Positions 29,159 to 37,467 of a stretch of DNA of 64,000 nucleotides are shown here, piece after piece. The notes below the pieces were generated by a model. It did not search any database. It was not told the DNA's origin and was given only the letters and a program-made list of their open reading frames with translations. Source of the stretch: an uncultured Christensenellaceae bacterium (GTDB taxonomy: Bacteria; Bacillota; Clostridia; Christensenellales; CAG-314); assembly GCA_910585195.1 (NCBI GenBank), contig CAJUCX010000009.1, positions 43-64,042 of the forward strand. Direction: 5' to 3'. A program made the translations under genes and the position numbers. Positions within the stretch are counted from its first letter, which is position 1. Each line of letters starts with the position of its first letter.

Positions 29159-29180
29159 AATTAACCTCAAAAAAATAAAA

Positions 29181-29760
29181 CAGGTGGTGGTAAATTAGGT
29201 AAACCTTACGGCATAGGTTCAGTAGGATTTCCCTGCAAGATACTTCCCGTCGCCGTAGAAGCAGTTTCCTTTTGAATCTTGCATCGCGCCGTTGCCGTGC
29301 GTGAAACTGAATCGCCACTTAGTCCGTACTATAATCCCTAAAATACCTGAAATACAGCCTAGAAGATTTCCTTAACAAAGACCTAAACATCTAGCCTCTT
29401 TTGCAACACATATTTCATCCCGCAATCACCTTATTCCGTTCGCCAACGAAACAAAGGTGTGTTCGGGAATCCCTATGAAATCACTCAAGGCAGGCTACAC
29501 TGTACACAGCAAAATTACCGCATAGCAGGTTAACCTTATTCAGTAACAAGACAACGCCCTGCCACCGAGATAAGCCTCCACGGAAATTGGGAATCGGTCG
29601 TATGCCATTACAACTTACCCAAAAACCTTAACTTCCAGCATCAGCCCCTGTTTGGGCAACAAAAGCCAACACAAGAAACTTCATCGATATGCCCTTTGAC
29701 GATTTTTTACTCCCGTCTTGGATGCATAGGTGTTTGACTAGGATACTGCACCACCAGTTT
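29181..29760 (-). ncRNA. OLE (ornate, large, extremophilic) RNA
   Basis: ~580-nt ORF-poor, visibly GC-richer segment in a tightly packed operon. Nested helices are readable: closing helix 29183-29189 / 29749-29755 (GGUGGUG/CACCACC), 29234-29241 / 29276-29283 (8 bp), 29427-29432 / 29454-29459, 29489-29494 / 29558-29563. The context ispA-[RNA]-4TM protein-dxs-nadK-argR-recN, with nusB-folD-xseAB upstream, is the published OLE/oapA neighbourhood. Confidence 0.85.
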
Positions 29761-29766
29761 CTAATT

Positions 29767-29795
29767 ATTTTAACACATCTTTACAAAATTATCAA
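29767..29795 (-). promoter_or_regulatory. Candidate sigmaA promoter immediately upstream of the OLE RNA
   Basis: Minus strand: TTGATA (29795-29790), 17 nt ending in TGT, TAAAAT (29772-29767). The predicted TSS near 29760 is just 5' of the closing helix. Confidence 0.5.
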
Positions 29796-29805
29796 ATTAC
29801 TGATA

Positions 29806-30639
29806 TTATATTTTTCGCGATATGTTATATTTACACAGTTCTGTAAAAAACTCGCAGTGTTCGAATATTTTTACACTTTCTGTTGCAATAAAATTGTATT
29901 CTTCTATTTTAACTTTCGTTTCTTCTTTTCCCAGTAAATTGGTATAACTTAAATTTTTGTCTGAGTCCGAATCAATCAAATCGTCCGCCGCCTGAAATGC
30001 TTTGCCGAAATTTTCGGCAAAAGTTTGCAATGCTTCAAACTGATTTATGCTGCCGTTGCAATAAATGCAAACAGCGCCGACGCAAGCGGAAATAAGTTTT
30101 GAAGTTTTGTTTTCCGTCAAGAAATCCAAAGTTTCAAAATCGTTTACTTTGTTCTCGTCTATATCGACAGCCTGACCGCCAATCATACCGCCTATTCCGG
30201 AGCAATTAAAAATAAACTTAATTGCGTTGAAATATTCTTGTGAATATTTGCCGTCTAGCAAAATTTCCGCCGCGAGATTAAGCAAACCGTCGCCCGCAAG
30301 CACCGCAACCGCCTCATTAAATTTTTTATGGCAAGACGGCTGTCCTCTGCGGAAATCATCGTCGTCCATACAAGGCAAATCGTCGTGTATTAAAGAATAC
30401 GTGTGTATCATTTCGATAGCGACTGCAATTCTATCGATATTTTCATCGTCTTTATCAAACAGTTTTGACGTCTGGTATACCAACGCGGGACGGAGTCTTT
30501 TTCCGCCGACCGTAAGACTGTATTCAATCGCTTGATTTACTTTGTTGCAGGGCAATGCTTTGATTATTTTTTGCAAGTTTGCTTCAACTCTGTCGCAAGA
30601 TTGTTTTAATGCCGTTTCAAAATCAGTCATTGTTTTCAT
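29806..30639 (-). CDS. ispA: Farnesyl diphosphate synthase (polyprenyl synthetase family)
   Basis: 277 aa. First DDxxD motif region LIHDDLPCMDDDDFRRG and second motif FQAADDLID. Confidence 0.92.
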   Translation of the reverse strand: MKTMTDFETALKQSCDRVEANLQKIIKALPCNKVNQAIEYSLTVGGKRLRPALVYQTSKLFDKDDENIDRIAVAIEMIHTYSLIHDDLPCMDDDDFRRGQPSCHKKFNEAVAVLAGDGLLNLAAEILLDGKYSQEYFNAIKFIFNCSGIGGMIGGQAVDIDENKVNDFETLDFLTENKTSKLISACVGAVCIYCNGSINQFEALQTFAENFGKAFQAADDLIDSDSDKNLSYTNLLGKEETKVKIEEYNFIATESVKIFEHCEFFTELCKYNISRKI

Positions 30640-30817
30640 TCAATTCTTCTTTAATAACTTCAAATTTTCCCTTATATTCTTGAAGATACTGTTTACATTC
30701 CCTTGCAAGAGTTACGCCTTCTTCAAACAGTTTCATACTTTCGTCAAGAGTAACGGAATTTTCGTCAAGCCGTTGCAAAATTTCTTCGATTCTTTTTAAG
30801 TTTTTCTCAAAATTCAT
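30623..30817 (-). CDS. xseB: Exodeoxyribonuclease VII small subunit
   Basis: 64 aa. MNFEKNLKRIEEILQRLDENSVTLDESMKLFEEG is typical of XseB. Follows xseA with an overlap. Confidence 0.92.
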   Translation of the reverse strand: MNFEKNLKRIEEILQRLDENSVTLDESMKLFEEGVTLARECKQYLQEYKGKFEVIKEELNENND

Positions 30818-31992
30818 TTTTTTACCTCTATGTTTTCAACTTTAATGCCAATAGTACCGTCGGACATAATCACGTCTAACTTTTGCCCTCGTTTGACTTG
30901 TCTGACGGATTTTACCGTACTGTCTTTGTCTTTTACAACAGAAAATCCCTTTTCCAAAATTTTCGTCGGATTGTTTTCTCCAAGTTTTGCAATAGACAAC
31001 CCCAATGCATTTTCTGCATTTGTTAATTTATTTTTTAATAAACTCTGCAAAGATAAGCATTGCAAAGAAATTTTATTACTATACTTGTATAATAAATTTT
31101 TGAATTTTTCCGTCAATAAGTTTTCCGATGAAAAAACTCTGTTTTTCTTTTCGTTAATCAAAGTATTTATGTGCGAATACTGTCTGTTTAACCTAAAAAA
31201 CAAATCGTCAATTACTCCGCCGATATTTTGCGTGCATAACTCCGCCGCAACCGATGGCGTTGACGCCCTGCAATCAGCAACAAAGTCGCATAAGGTAAAA
31301 TTTGTTTCGTGCCCTACGGCAGATATAACGGGTTTCTTACATAGAGAAATTGCATAAACCAATTTTTCGCCGTTAAACGACGCCAAGTCCTCATTACTTC
31401 CGCCGCCTCTTGCAATTATAATATTGTCTACGTTGCTGTTATCGAAATATTTTAAGCCTCTTATTATTGAATTTTCACTGTATATGCCTTGTACGCGGCA
31501 GTCATAAACGGAAATATTTACTGTAGGATTTCTGCGTCGGCAAACATTTATTATATCGTGAATGACAGCGCCTTCGGCAGAAGTTACCACGCCTATTTTT
31601 TTGCAGTTGGTATTTATAGGTTTCTTTTTAAGTTCGTCAAACAATCCTTCTTTTTCAAGACGTTCTTTAAGCAGCATTAGTTCCCTAAACTTTTCACCTT
31701 TTACGTCTTTCTTTGTTATTTTGGTAACTAAAAAAGAAAGTTTGCCGCCCTTTACGTAATAGTTTGGTTTACCGCTTACGGTAATTTGGGCACCTTCTTC
31801 CAAATTTATAGCCGGCGGATTGTAGCAAAAACAATCTATGCGCGCATTGCTGTCTTTAAGTACAAAAAAAGCAACTTCGCTATTTCGCCTGTAATTGGAA
31901 ATTTCGCCTTCGACGTTTAAGTCGTAAAGCAAAACTTCACTGTCTACCATGGCTTTAAGAAAGTTGCCTAATTGCGTAACCGAAATTGTCAT
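30814..31992 (-). CDS. xseA: Exodeoxyribonuclease VII large subunit
   Basis: 392 aa. N-terminal OB fold (VSQLGNFLK...EGEISN), central IIIARGGGS and GHETNFTLCDFVAD motifs. Confidence 0.93.
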   Translation of the reverse strand: MTISVTQLGNFLKAMVDSEVLLYDLNVEGEISNYRRNSEVAFFVLKDSNARIDCFCYNPPAINLEEGAQITVSGKPNYYVKGGKLSFLVTKITKKDVKGEKFRELMLLKERLEKEGLFDELKKKPINTNCKKIGVVTSAEGAVIHDIINVCRRRNPTVNISVYDCRVQGIYSENSIIRGLKYFDNSNVDNIIIARGGGSNEDLASFNGEKLVYAISLCKKPVISAVGHETNFTLCDFVADCRASTPSVAAELCTQNIGGVIDDLFFRLNRQYSHINTLINEKKNRVFSSENLLTEKFKNLLYKYSNKISLQCLSLQSLLKNKLTNAENALGLSIAKLGENNPTKILEKGFSVVKDKDSTVKSVRQVKRGQKLDVIMSDGTIGIKVENIEVKK

Positions 31993-32847
31993 TTACTTTG
32001 ATTCTTTTCCTTCTATTGCAGCGGCATAAGTGTTGAACATAAGCATAGTAACGGTCATAGGACCTACACCGCCAGGGACAGGAGTAATCCACTCCGCGAC
32101 CTCGGACACTTCGTCAAATTTTACGTCGCCGACAAGTTTTTTATTCTTAAAATTGATGCCTACGTCTATTACCGTTGCACCCGGTTTAACGTATTCTTTT
32201 GTAATAAGTTCTGCCTTACCTGCAGCAGATATAAGTATATCTGCCTGTCTGCAAATTTCCGGCAGATTTTTGGTATATATGTTGCACACTGTAACCGTTG
32301 CTTGCTCGCGCATAAGCAAAACAGACATAGGCTTGCCTACTATATTGCTTGCGCCGACAATCACGGCGTGCTTACCGAAAAACTCTGTCTTAGTATATTT
32401 TAACAATTCCAAAACACCGGACGGCGTGCACGGTGCAAACGCAGGATAACCGAAATACAAATTTCCTGCCGTATAAGGATTTAAGCCGTCTACATCTTTT
32501 GTAGGCGCAATTGCGCAGGCTACTTTGTGGACGTCTATGCCTTCAGGCAACGGCAACTGCAACAAAATTCCGCTTACCGTTTCGTCTGCATTGAGACCTT
32601 CTATAAGTTTAATAATTTCTTCCTGTGTTGTTTTTGCCGGAAGTTTATGTAAATATGCGCTTATGCCAACTTCTTTGCACATACGCAAATTGTTTTTAAC
32701 ATATGAGGTGGCTGACGGGTTGTCTCCGACCTGTATAATAGCAAGTCCGACCGTATGACCGTATTTCAATTCAAACTGACAGCACAACTCCGCGACCATA
32801 TCGCGCATTTGTTTAGATAGTTCCATTCCGTTTAGAATTTTAGCCAT
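31993..32847 (-). CDS. folD: Bifunctional methylenetetrahydrofolate dehydrogenase/cyclohydrolase
   Basis: 284 aa. ILNG, LLQLPLP, VVGASNIVGKP, TPVPGGVGPMT motifs. Confidence 0.95.
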   Translation of the reverse strand: MAKILNGMELSKQMRDMVAELCCQFELKYGHTVGLAIIQVGDNPSATSYVKNNLRMCKEVGISAYLHKLPAKTTQEEIIKLIEGLNADETVSGILLQLPLPEGIDVHKVACAIAPTKDVDGLNPYTAGNLYFGYPAFAPCTPSGVLELLKYTKTEFFGKHAVIVGASNIVGKPMSVLLMREQATVTVCNIYTKNLPEICRQADILISAAGKAELITKEYVKPGATVIDVGINFKNKKLVGDVKFDEVSEVAEWITPVPGGVGPMTVTMLMFNTYAAAIEGKESK

Positions 32848-32866
32848 AGTAAATCACCTGTCCCTT

Positions 32867-33253
32867 TTATTTTTTGCAGACCTGCGCCAAAATGCCGTTG
32901 ACAAATCCGACGCTTTTGTCCGTTGAAAACTTTTTGGCAAGTTCAACCGCCTCGTTGATACATATTTCCGTAGGAATTTCCGTGTGCGACAATTCGTATA
33001 TTGCCAAAATAAGTATTGCCAAATCTACTTTATAAATTCTGTCTGCTTTGAAGCCTTTGGAATATTTTGCGGCAGTTTCTGATAAATTTTCAAAATTTTC
33101 GATAATGCCGCTATAAGTATTTTTAATATAGTCGACGTCGTCTGCCGTCAAATCTTTACGATGAAATAAATCAAGCTGCAAATCGTTGATATTATTTGTA
33201 AAGAGATATTCATATGTTAAACAAAAAACAACTTCTCTGGCGTACTTTCTCAT
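32867..33253 (-). CDS. nusB: Transcription antitermination factor NusB
   Basis: 128 aa. MRKYAREVVFCLTY..., ILAIYEL, INEAVELAKKF. Confidence 0.92.
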   Translation of the reverse strand: MRKYAREVVFCLTYEYLFTNNINDLQLDLFHRKDLTADDVDYIKNTYSGIIENFENLSETAAKYSKGFKADRIYKVDLAILILAIYELSHTEIPTEICINEAVELAKKFSTDKSVGFVNGILAQVCKK

Positions 33254-33272
33254 AACTTCTTAAATGCACAAT

Positions 33273-33296
33273 AAACCCTTTGTTTTCAAAGGGTTT
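33273..33296 (-). terminator. Hairpin between asp23 and nusB (weak terminator/attenuator)
   Basis: 10-bp stem aaaccctttg / caaagggttt with a 4-nt loop. The minus-strand U-tract is short (UUUAUU). Confidence 0.45.
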
Positions 33297-33308
33297 TTGC
33301 GTCGATTA

Positions 33309-33644
33309 TCAGGAAAACTCAACGTCGACAACGTGAACGTTTACGTCCTTAACCTTAAAGTTTGTTGCCGTTTCAAGTTCGTTTTTAATAACCTGCTGAA
33401 CTTTGTATGCAATTTCTCTGACGCTTTCGGAAAATCTTACCTTAACGTAAACGTCAATGTAAATTAAATCCGAAACGCTTTCGACTCTTATGCCTTGATT
33501 GCGTCTACTGTTGACGGAGCCTTTTTTTGCCGTAGACAACTCTACGCCGTCAATCTTATCCAACGAAAATCTGACAATAGGTTCGATGATGTCGCTGTTG
33601 TATACTACTTTGCCCGAATCACTGGATTTAGAAACAATTTTCAT
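33309..33644 (-). CDS. Asp23/Gls24 family envelope stress (alkaline shock) protein
   Basis: 111 aa. VVYNSDIIEPIVRFSLDKIDGV ... VNVHVVDVEF is typical of Asp23/DUF322. Conserved position upstream of nusB. Confidence 0.85.
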   Translation of the reverse strand: MKIVSKSSDSGKVVYNSDIIEPIVRFSLDKIDGVELSTAKKGSVNSRRNQGIRVESVSDLIYIDVYVKVRFSESVREIAYKVQQVIKNELETATNFKVKDVNVHVVDVEFS

Positions 33645-33702
33645 AAATACTTACTCCTGTATGATGATTATATCATACAAAAAGCATAATTACAACAATA
33701 AA

Positions 33703-34179
33703 TTATTTTGTTGACAATATTTTTACCAAGTCTGACGATACGTTTGTTTGACTCTTTATCGTGTTGTAAATTTTTGAAGTGTCTTCTCTAGTCAGTTCGT
33801 CGGTTTTTACCACTACGTTAATGTTGTCATTTGTAAGCCCTACGCTTACCACAACGTCTTCATAACCTTTTGCTTTAAGCAAACTTTCAAGTAGCAATTC
33901 CTTTTCCATAACTTCTACAAGTTTCAACTTTTGGTTGATTGCCGTTTGTCTTGCGTCTGCAAATTCTTCGCCTTCCATTGCAATAACCGAGTCTAAATAC
34001 AAAACTTCCTGATTGCGTTCGCTCTGTCTGGTTTGACGATAAGTTGTAAAGAAACTTGCAGTAGCCGTAGACGCGTTGTCTGTATTTTTGTTGTCAAGCA
34101 ACGTAAAGTTTAACACAACCGCAACAGCAAGAACCAGCACCATAATTGATAATACCAGAATCTTTTTCTTCTTTGACAT
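33703..34179 (-). CDS. spoIIIAH: Stage III sporulation protein AH
   Basis: 158 aa. N-terminal TM then a YscJ/FliF-like soluble domain. Last gene of an eight-gene spoIIIA operon. Confidence 0.8.
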   Translation of the reverse strand: MSKKKKILVLSIMVLVLAVAVVLNFTLLDNKNTDNASTATASFFTTYRQTRQSERNQEVLYLDSVIAMEGEEFADARQTAINQKLKLVEVMEKELLLESLLKAKGYEDVVVSVGLTNDNINVVVKTDELTREDTSKIYNTIKSQTNVSSDLVKILSTK

Positions 34180-34194
34180 AAAAAACCTCCCTTT

Positions 34195-34692
34195 TTACGA
34201 CCTCTTAAATACTTCTATTTTTCCATTAGGCACTTTCAAAAGTGCTTGAACGGCTCTTATAATTTCCAGTCTTACCGAAGTATCGCCGGCACCGTCTGCC
34301 ACGATGATTATGCCTTGAATTTCAGGCATTTTTTCTTTCAGTAAAACAGGTTTACCCGACACCAAAGTTAAAGTGTTTTTTTCCGTAACGGTACTTCCTT
34401 GTGTAACGGTTTCCGTCGTATATGCATATTCTTGTTCTATACCGCCTGCAAAACTAATCACAATGCTTGCTTTGCCGACACCGTCGATATTTGATATCGT
34501 TGTTTCAATTTTATTTTGCAAAGTGTTTACATATTCCGAAAAACTGTATTCCGACTGATTATCTTTTGCCGAACTTTGTCCGAAACTGCCGAAGAACACC
34601 AACAGAACTATTGCTGCAAGTATAAGTGCAATTACGATTTCAATATTTTTTATGCCTTTCAATCTCTTAAAAATACTCTTTTTTTCACTCAT
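34195..34692 (-). CDS. spoIIIAG: Stage III sporulation protein AG
   Basis: 165 aa. N-terminal TM. C-terminal GIIIVADGAGDTSVRLEIIRAVQALLKVPNGKIEVF matches the AG signature. Confidence 0.85.
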   Translation of the reverse strand: MSEKKSIFKRLKGIKNIEIVIALILAAIVLLVFFGSFGQSSAKDNQSEYSFSEYVNTLQNKIETTISNIDGVGKASIVISFAGGIEQEYAYTTETVTQGSTVTEKNTLTLVSGKPVLLKEKMPEIQGIIIVADGAGDTSVRLEIIRAVQALLKVPNGKIEVFKRS

Positions 34693-35171
34693 AAAAACAC
34701 CACGTTTTCGTCTGAAATATCAAGTAAATTTATCGTAATGCTCAAAACTTTTTCTTTAATATTTATATTCTTATCCGAGCCTACTATTACTGAATTTTTG
34801 ACGTTAATAAAAATTTTTTCTATATTAAATTTCACGTCGGCTTTGTAACTTATTTCAACCTCTACGTTGTCTATTCCGTTTGTTTTATATTCCTTCAATA
34901 ACTCATCTTTAACGACTGCCGCGCGCTCCTGCATAAGGTTTTCTATAAACGCAGTGTCAATAACTCCCGCCTGTTCGTTTTTAAGTACCCCTCCGATGTC
35001 TATATCTCCGTTAAACAATGAAGGTATCGGCAAAGCAATTACAAAAACTGTAATTACCGCAAAAACGCTTTTGATGTATTTATTTGTTTGCCCTTCCGGC
35101 AAAATTATATCGACTATCAAAGTCAATATGACTATGCCGACTATTGACAAAACCCACGCACTGAAATTCAT
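34689..35171 (-). CDS. spoIIIAF: Stage III sporulation protein AF
   Basis: 160 aa. Two N-terminal TM helices (WVLSIVGIVILTLIVDIILPEG). Operon position. Confidence 0.85.
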   Translation of the reverse strand: MNFSAWVLSIVGIVILTLIVDIILPEGQTNKYIKSVFAVITVFVIALPIPSLFNGDIDIGGVLKNEQAGVIDTAFIENLMQERAAVVKDELLKEYKTNGIDNVEVEISYKADVKFNIEKIFINVKNSVIVGSDKNINIKEKVLSITINLLDISDENVVFL

Positions 35172-35182
35172 AATTCACACCG

Positions 35183-36382
35183 TTAAAAAAATGCATTCGA
35201 AGTAAAAATCAACAACATAACGCAAATAAAATACATAAATGCTACGGCAAGTATGGCTACAATAAGCATATTTACGCTTTTTGCAATGCCCGTAAGAAAG
35301 GACGTAATACGACTGTCGGTTATGGGCTCAACAACGGCGGCTACAAATTTCAGCCCCCAACATACGCCCAAAATTTGCAAAACAGGCATAAGTATCGTGC
35401 ACACAAGCAGCAATAACCCCGCAACACCTACGGAATTTTTAATTAAAACACTGCTTGCCAAAATCAAATCGAACCCGTCTGCCAAATAACCGCCTAAAAT
35501 AGGTATATAACTTTTTGTGGCAAACTTTGCCGCCCTTATAGATACGCCGTCAAATGCTCCTCCTGTTAAGCCCTGTATCGATAAAAATGCCGTGAATACG
35601 GTAAACGTTACCACTAAAATCGTAGTAGAACTGCTCTTGAAAAAATCAGTAAGTTTGCTTAACTTTACGTTTTTAGACAAATTGCTTACTACGGAAAAAA
35701 CAAGAGTAAATATAAACAGCGGCAAAACGATGTTTGTTACGATTTCTATAACTCCGCCTGACAATAATGCGACGGCAGGTTGATATACCTGTACGCTTAC
35801 CGTGCCGCCCACCCCTGCCATTAACGTAAGTAAAATAGGAAAAGCAACATTCATTTGGCTTTTGAGCAAGTTTATAGTTCCTTTTGCGGTATCCAGCAAA
35901 TTTACAACGCATACCAGAGTTAAAACTACCACGATAGAAAAGCATACGAAGAATATAATTTGCCCTGTAGACTCCGACATAATGCCTGACTTCATTTGCG
36001 AAATCAATCCGCACAAAATTGAAATCACCGCTATACTGGCAAGAAGCGGAACAATTTTAAGCAACTCACTGAATAATAATTTGAAAAATGCTTCCAAAAA
36101 ACTTCCGCTGTCTTCAATAAATTTTCCGTCAAGAATATCTACAACCTTATCTTGAAAACTGCTGTTGCCGAATATTTCGATACTATCAACGCCCAACTCT
36201 TGCAGCAGTCTGTCAAGTTCTTCCATGTCAAGCATGTCCAACTGATTTTTTATATTTTCATCCAACTGCCTGAAAATTTCGTCTTCTGAATTTTCTGCCG
36301 CGTATACTGTTGTCGGCAATATTACGATTGACAGCACGCAACACAGCAATATTATGAAAGTTAATTTGAAAAAATTTTTCAC
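35183..36382 (-). CDS. spoIIIAE: Stage III sporulation protein AE
   Basis: Polytopic membrane protein with a signal-like N-terminus. The probable start is GTG 36382, overlapping the spoIIIAD stop as GTGA. The track ORF to 36505 would overlap AD by 127 nt. Confidence 0.85.
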   Translation of the reverse strand: MKNFFKLTFIILLCCVLSIVILPTTVYAAENSEDEIFRQLDENIKNQLDMLDMEELDRLLQELGVDSIEIFGNSSFQDKVVDILDGKFIEDSGSFLEAFFKLLFSELLKIVPLLASIAVISILCGLISQMKSGIMSESTGQIIFFVCFSIVVVLTLVCVVNLLDTAKGTINLLKSQMNVAFPILLTLMAGVGGTVSVQVYQPAVALLSGGVIEIVTNIVLPLFIFTLVFSVVSNLSKNVKLSKLTDFFKSSSTTILVVTFTVFTAFLSIQGLTGGAFDGVSIRAAKFATKSYIPILGGYLADGFDLILASSVLIKNSVGVAGLLLLVCTILMPVLQILGVCWGLKFVAAVVEPITDSRITSFLTGIAKSVNMLIVAILAVAFMYFICVMLLIFTSNAFF

Positions 36383-36765
36383 GGAAGTATCTCCACTATC
36401 AACGCCAGCAAACTGTTTATTATAGGCAATGCCAAAATCATAATTATTACTTTTCCTGCAAACAAGATTTTGTCGCCCACGCTTTTGCATCCGGAATCCG
36501 CGCAAACGTTTGAGGCAAATTCCGTTACATAACCGATGCCGATAATTTTAAGCACGGTTGTAAACAGTCCTTCGGCTATTCCGCTTATGCCCGCAATGTT
36601 GTAAAACGACGCTACTACTTCGTATAATTCGTCTACAACCATTATTATGATTATGACGCCAGCTGCAACGCCCAGCAAAATTGCAAGTTCCGGCTTTGTT
36701 TCTTTCAACAGTGAAATAAGCATTGCGGCAATTATGCCGATTGCCACAATTTGCAGTATATTCAT
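36379..36765 (-). CDS. spoIIIAD: Stage III sporulation protein AD
   Basis: 128-aa, 4-TM small membrane protein (MNILQIVAIGIIAAMLISLLKETKPE...). Operon position. Confidence 0.88.
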   Translation of the reverse strand: MNILQIVAIGIIAAMLISLLKETKPELAILLGVAAGVIIIIMVVDELYEVVASFYNIAGISGIAEGLFTTVLKIIGIGYVTEFASNVCADSGCKSVGDKILFAGKVIIMILALPIINSLLALIVEILP

Positions 36766-36767
36766 AT

Positions 36768-36962
36768 CTAAAATGCAAACAAGGCTTTAATCGTATCAAA
36801 CAACTGAACCAACATATCTAGCACGATAAGCAATACCAAAATTAAGCCGGCAAGCGTAGATAGCGTTGCGATTTCGTCTTTGTCCGATTTTTTTAATATA
36901 GTATTTATCATTGCCGTAAGTATGCCTATTGCGGCAATCTTAAAGATTATGTCTATGCCCAT
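36768..36962 (-). CDS. spoIIIAC: Stage III sporulation protein AC
   Basis: 64 aa, two TM helices. IFKIAAIGILTAMINTILKKSDKDE is typical of AC. Confidence 0.88.
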   Translation of the reverse strand: MGIDIIFKIAAIGILTAMINTILKKSDKDEIATLSTLAGLILVLLIVLDMLVQLFDTIKALFAF

Positions 36963-36969
36963 TTTGACC

Positions 36970-37467
36970 TCATAAACAAAGAATTGCTACAAACAATCCT
37001 AAAAATACACCTAATTTACCGTACAAATTACCTTTTGTTTTTGAATCTGCTTTTGCACTTGCTGACAATCCGTCAAAAATCTTTTCGAATCCCGAAATTT
37101 GTTCAGTCTGGTTTTTGCAGTCGCTGCTTCCCAATACAGAAAAAAATTCGCATATAACGGCAGCCTCGTTTTCTGCAAGAAAAAACAGCTGATGCAAATC
37201 TTTGTTTTTAATAATGGGAAAATCATTGTTTTTCAATGAAGTTTGCGCCGTTTTGCAAATATATAAAAAATCTTTGCCGCCGTTTTGTTTGCTTTTTTCT
37301 ATAACGTCATACAACTTTAATTGAAAATAACTTATTTGGCTCTTAACGTTGCCGCAAAAAAGCAGTAAATCGTCATATAAACGAACTCTCCGTCGATAGC
37401 CTTTTGTCAAACCGAAACCGATATATGAACTTCCGCATAAAATTACTACGCACAAAAGAATTTTCAT
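36970..37467 (-). CDS. spoIIIAB: Stage III sporulation protein AB
   Basis: 165 aa with N- and C-terminal TM helices flanking a GspF-like cytoplasmic domain. Operon position. Confidence 0.85.
   Translation of the reverse strand: MKILLCVVILCGSSYIGFGLTKGYRRRVRLYDDLLLFCGNVKSQISYFQLKLYDVIEKSKQNGGKDFLYICKTAQTSLKNNDFPIIKNKDLHQLFFLAENEAAVICEFFSVLGSSDCKNQTEQISGFEKIFDGLSASAKADSKTKGNLYGKLGVFLGLFVAILCL

Noticed and set aside
28623-29198. 191-aa + strand ORF antisense to oapA. Similar long antisense ORFs occur at 57098-57670, 45945-46433, 44629-45147, 42302-42820, 30830-31357, 19238-19732, 18661-19152, 15574-16038, 62560-63099 and 22444-22803.
   Set aside because: Each lies entirely within, and antisense to, a confidently identified conserved gene. 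They have low-complexity, Phe/Ser/Ile/Cys-rich translations, no SD and no recognisable motifs. These are typical shadow ORFs of a strongly strand-biased AT-rich genome.
29181-29760. Alternative identities for the large structured RNA: RNase P RNA, tmRNA, 6S RNA, a group II intron fragment, or a T-box/riboswitch.
   Set aside because: No RNase P hallmark (GAGGAAAGUCC-type P4 strand) and no tmRNA tag reading frame or tRNA-like ends. It is too long for 6S or riboswitch classes, there is no intron-encoded ORF or domain V-like hairpin, and the genomic context specifically matches OLE.
29094-29937. Short ORFs inside the ispA-oapA gap (29094-29318 minus, 74 aa; 29689-29937 plus, 82 aa).
   Set aside because: Both overlap the structured RNA and/or neighbouring CDSs in other frames, are Arg/Lys- or Phe-rich nonsense-like, and lack SDs. 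The region is better explained as a noncoding OLE RNA.
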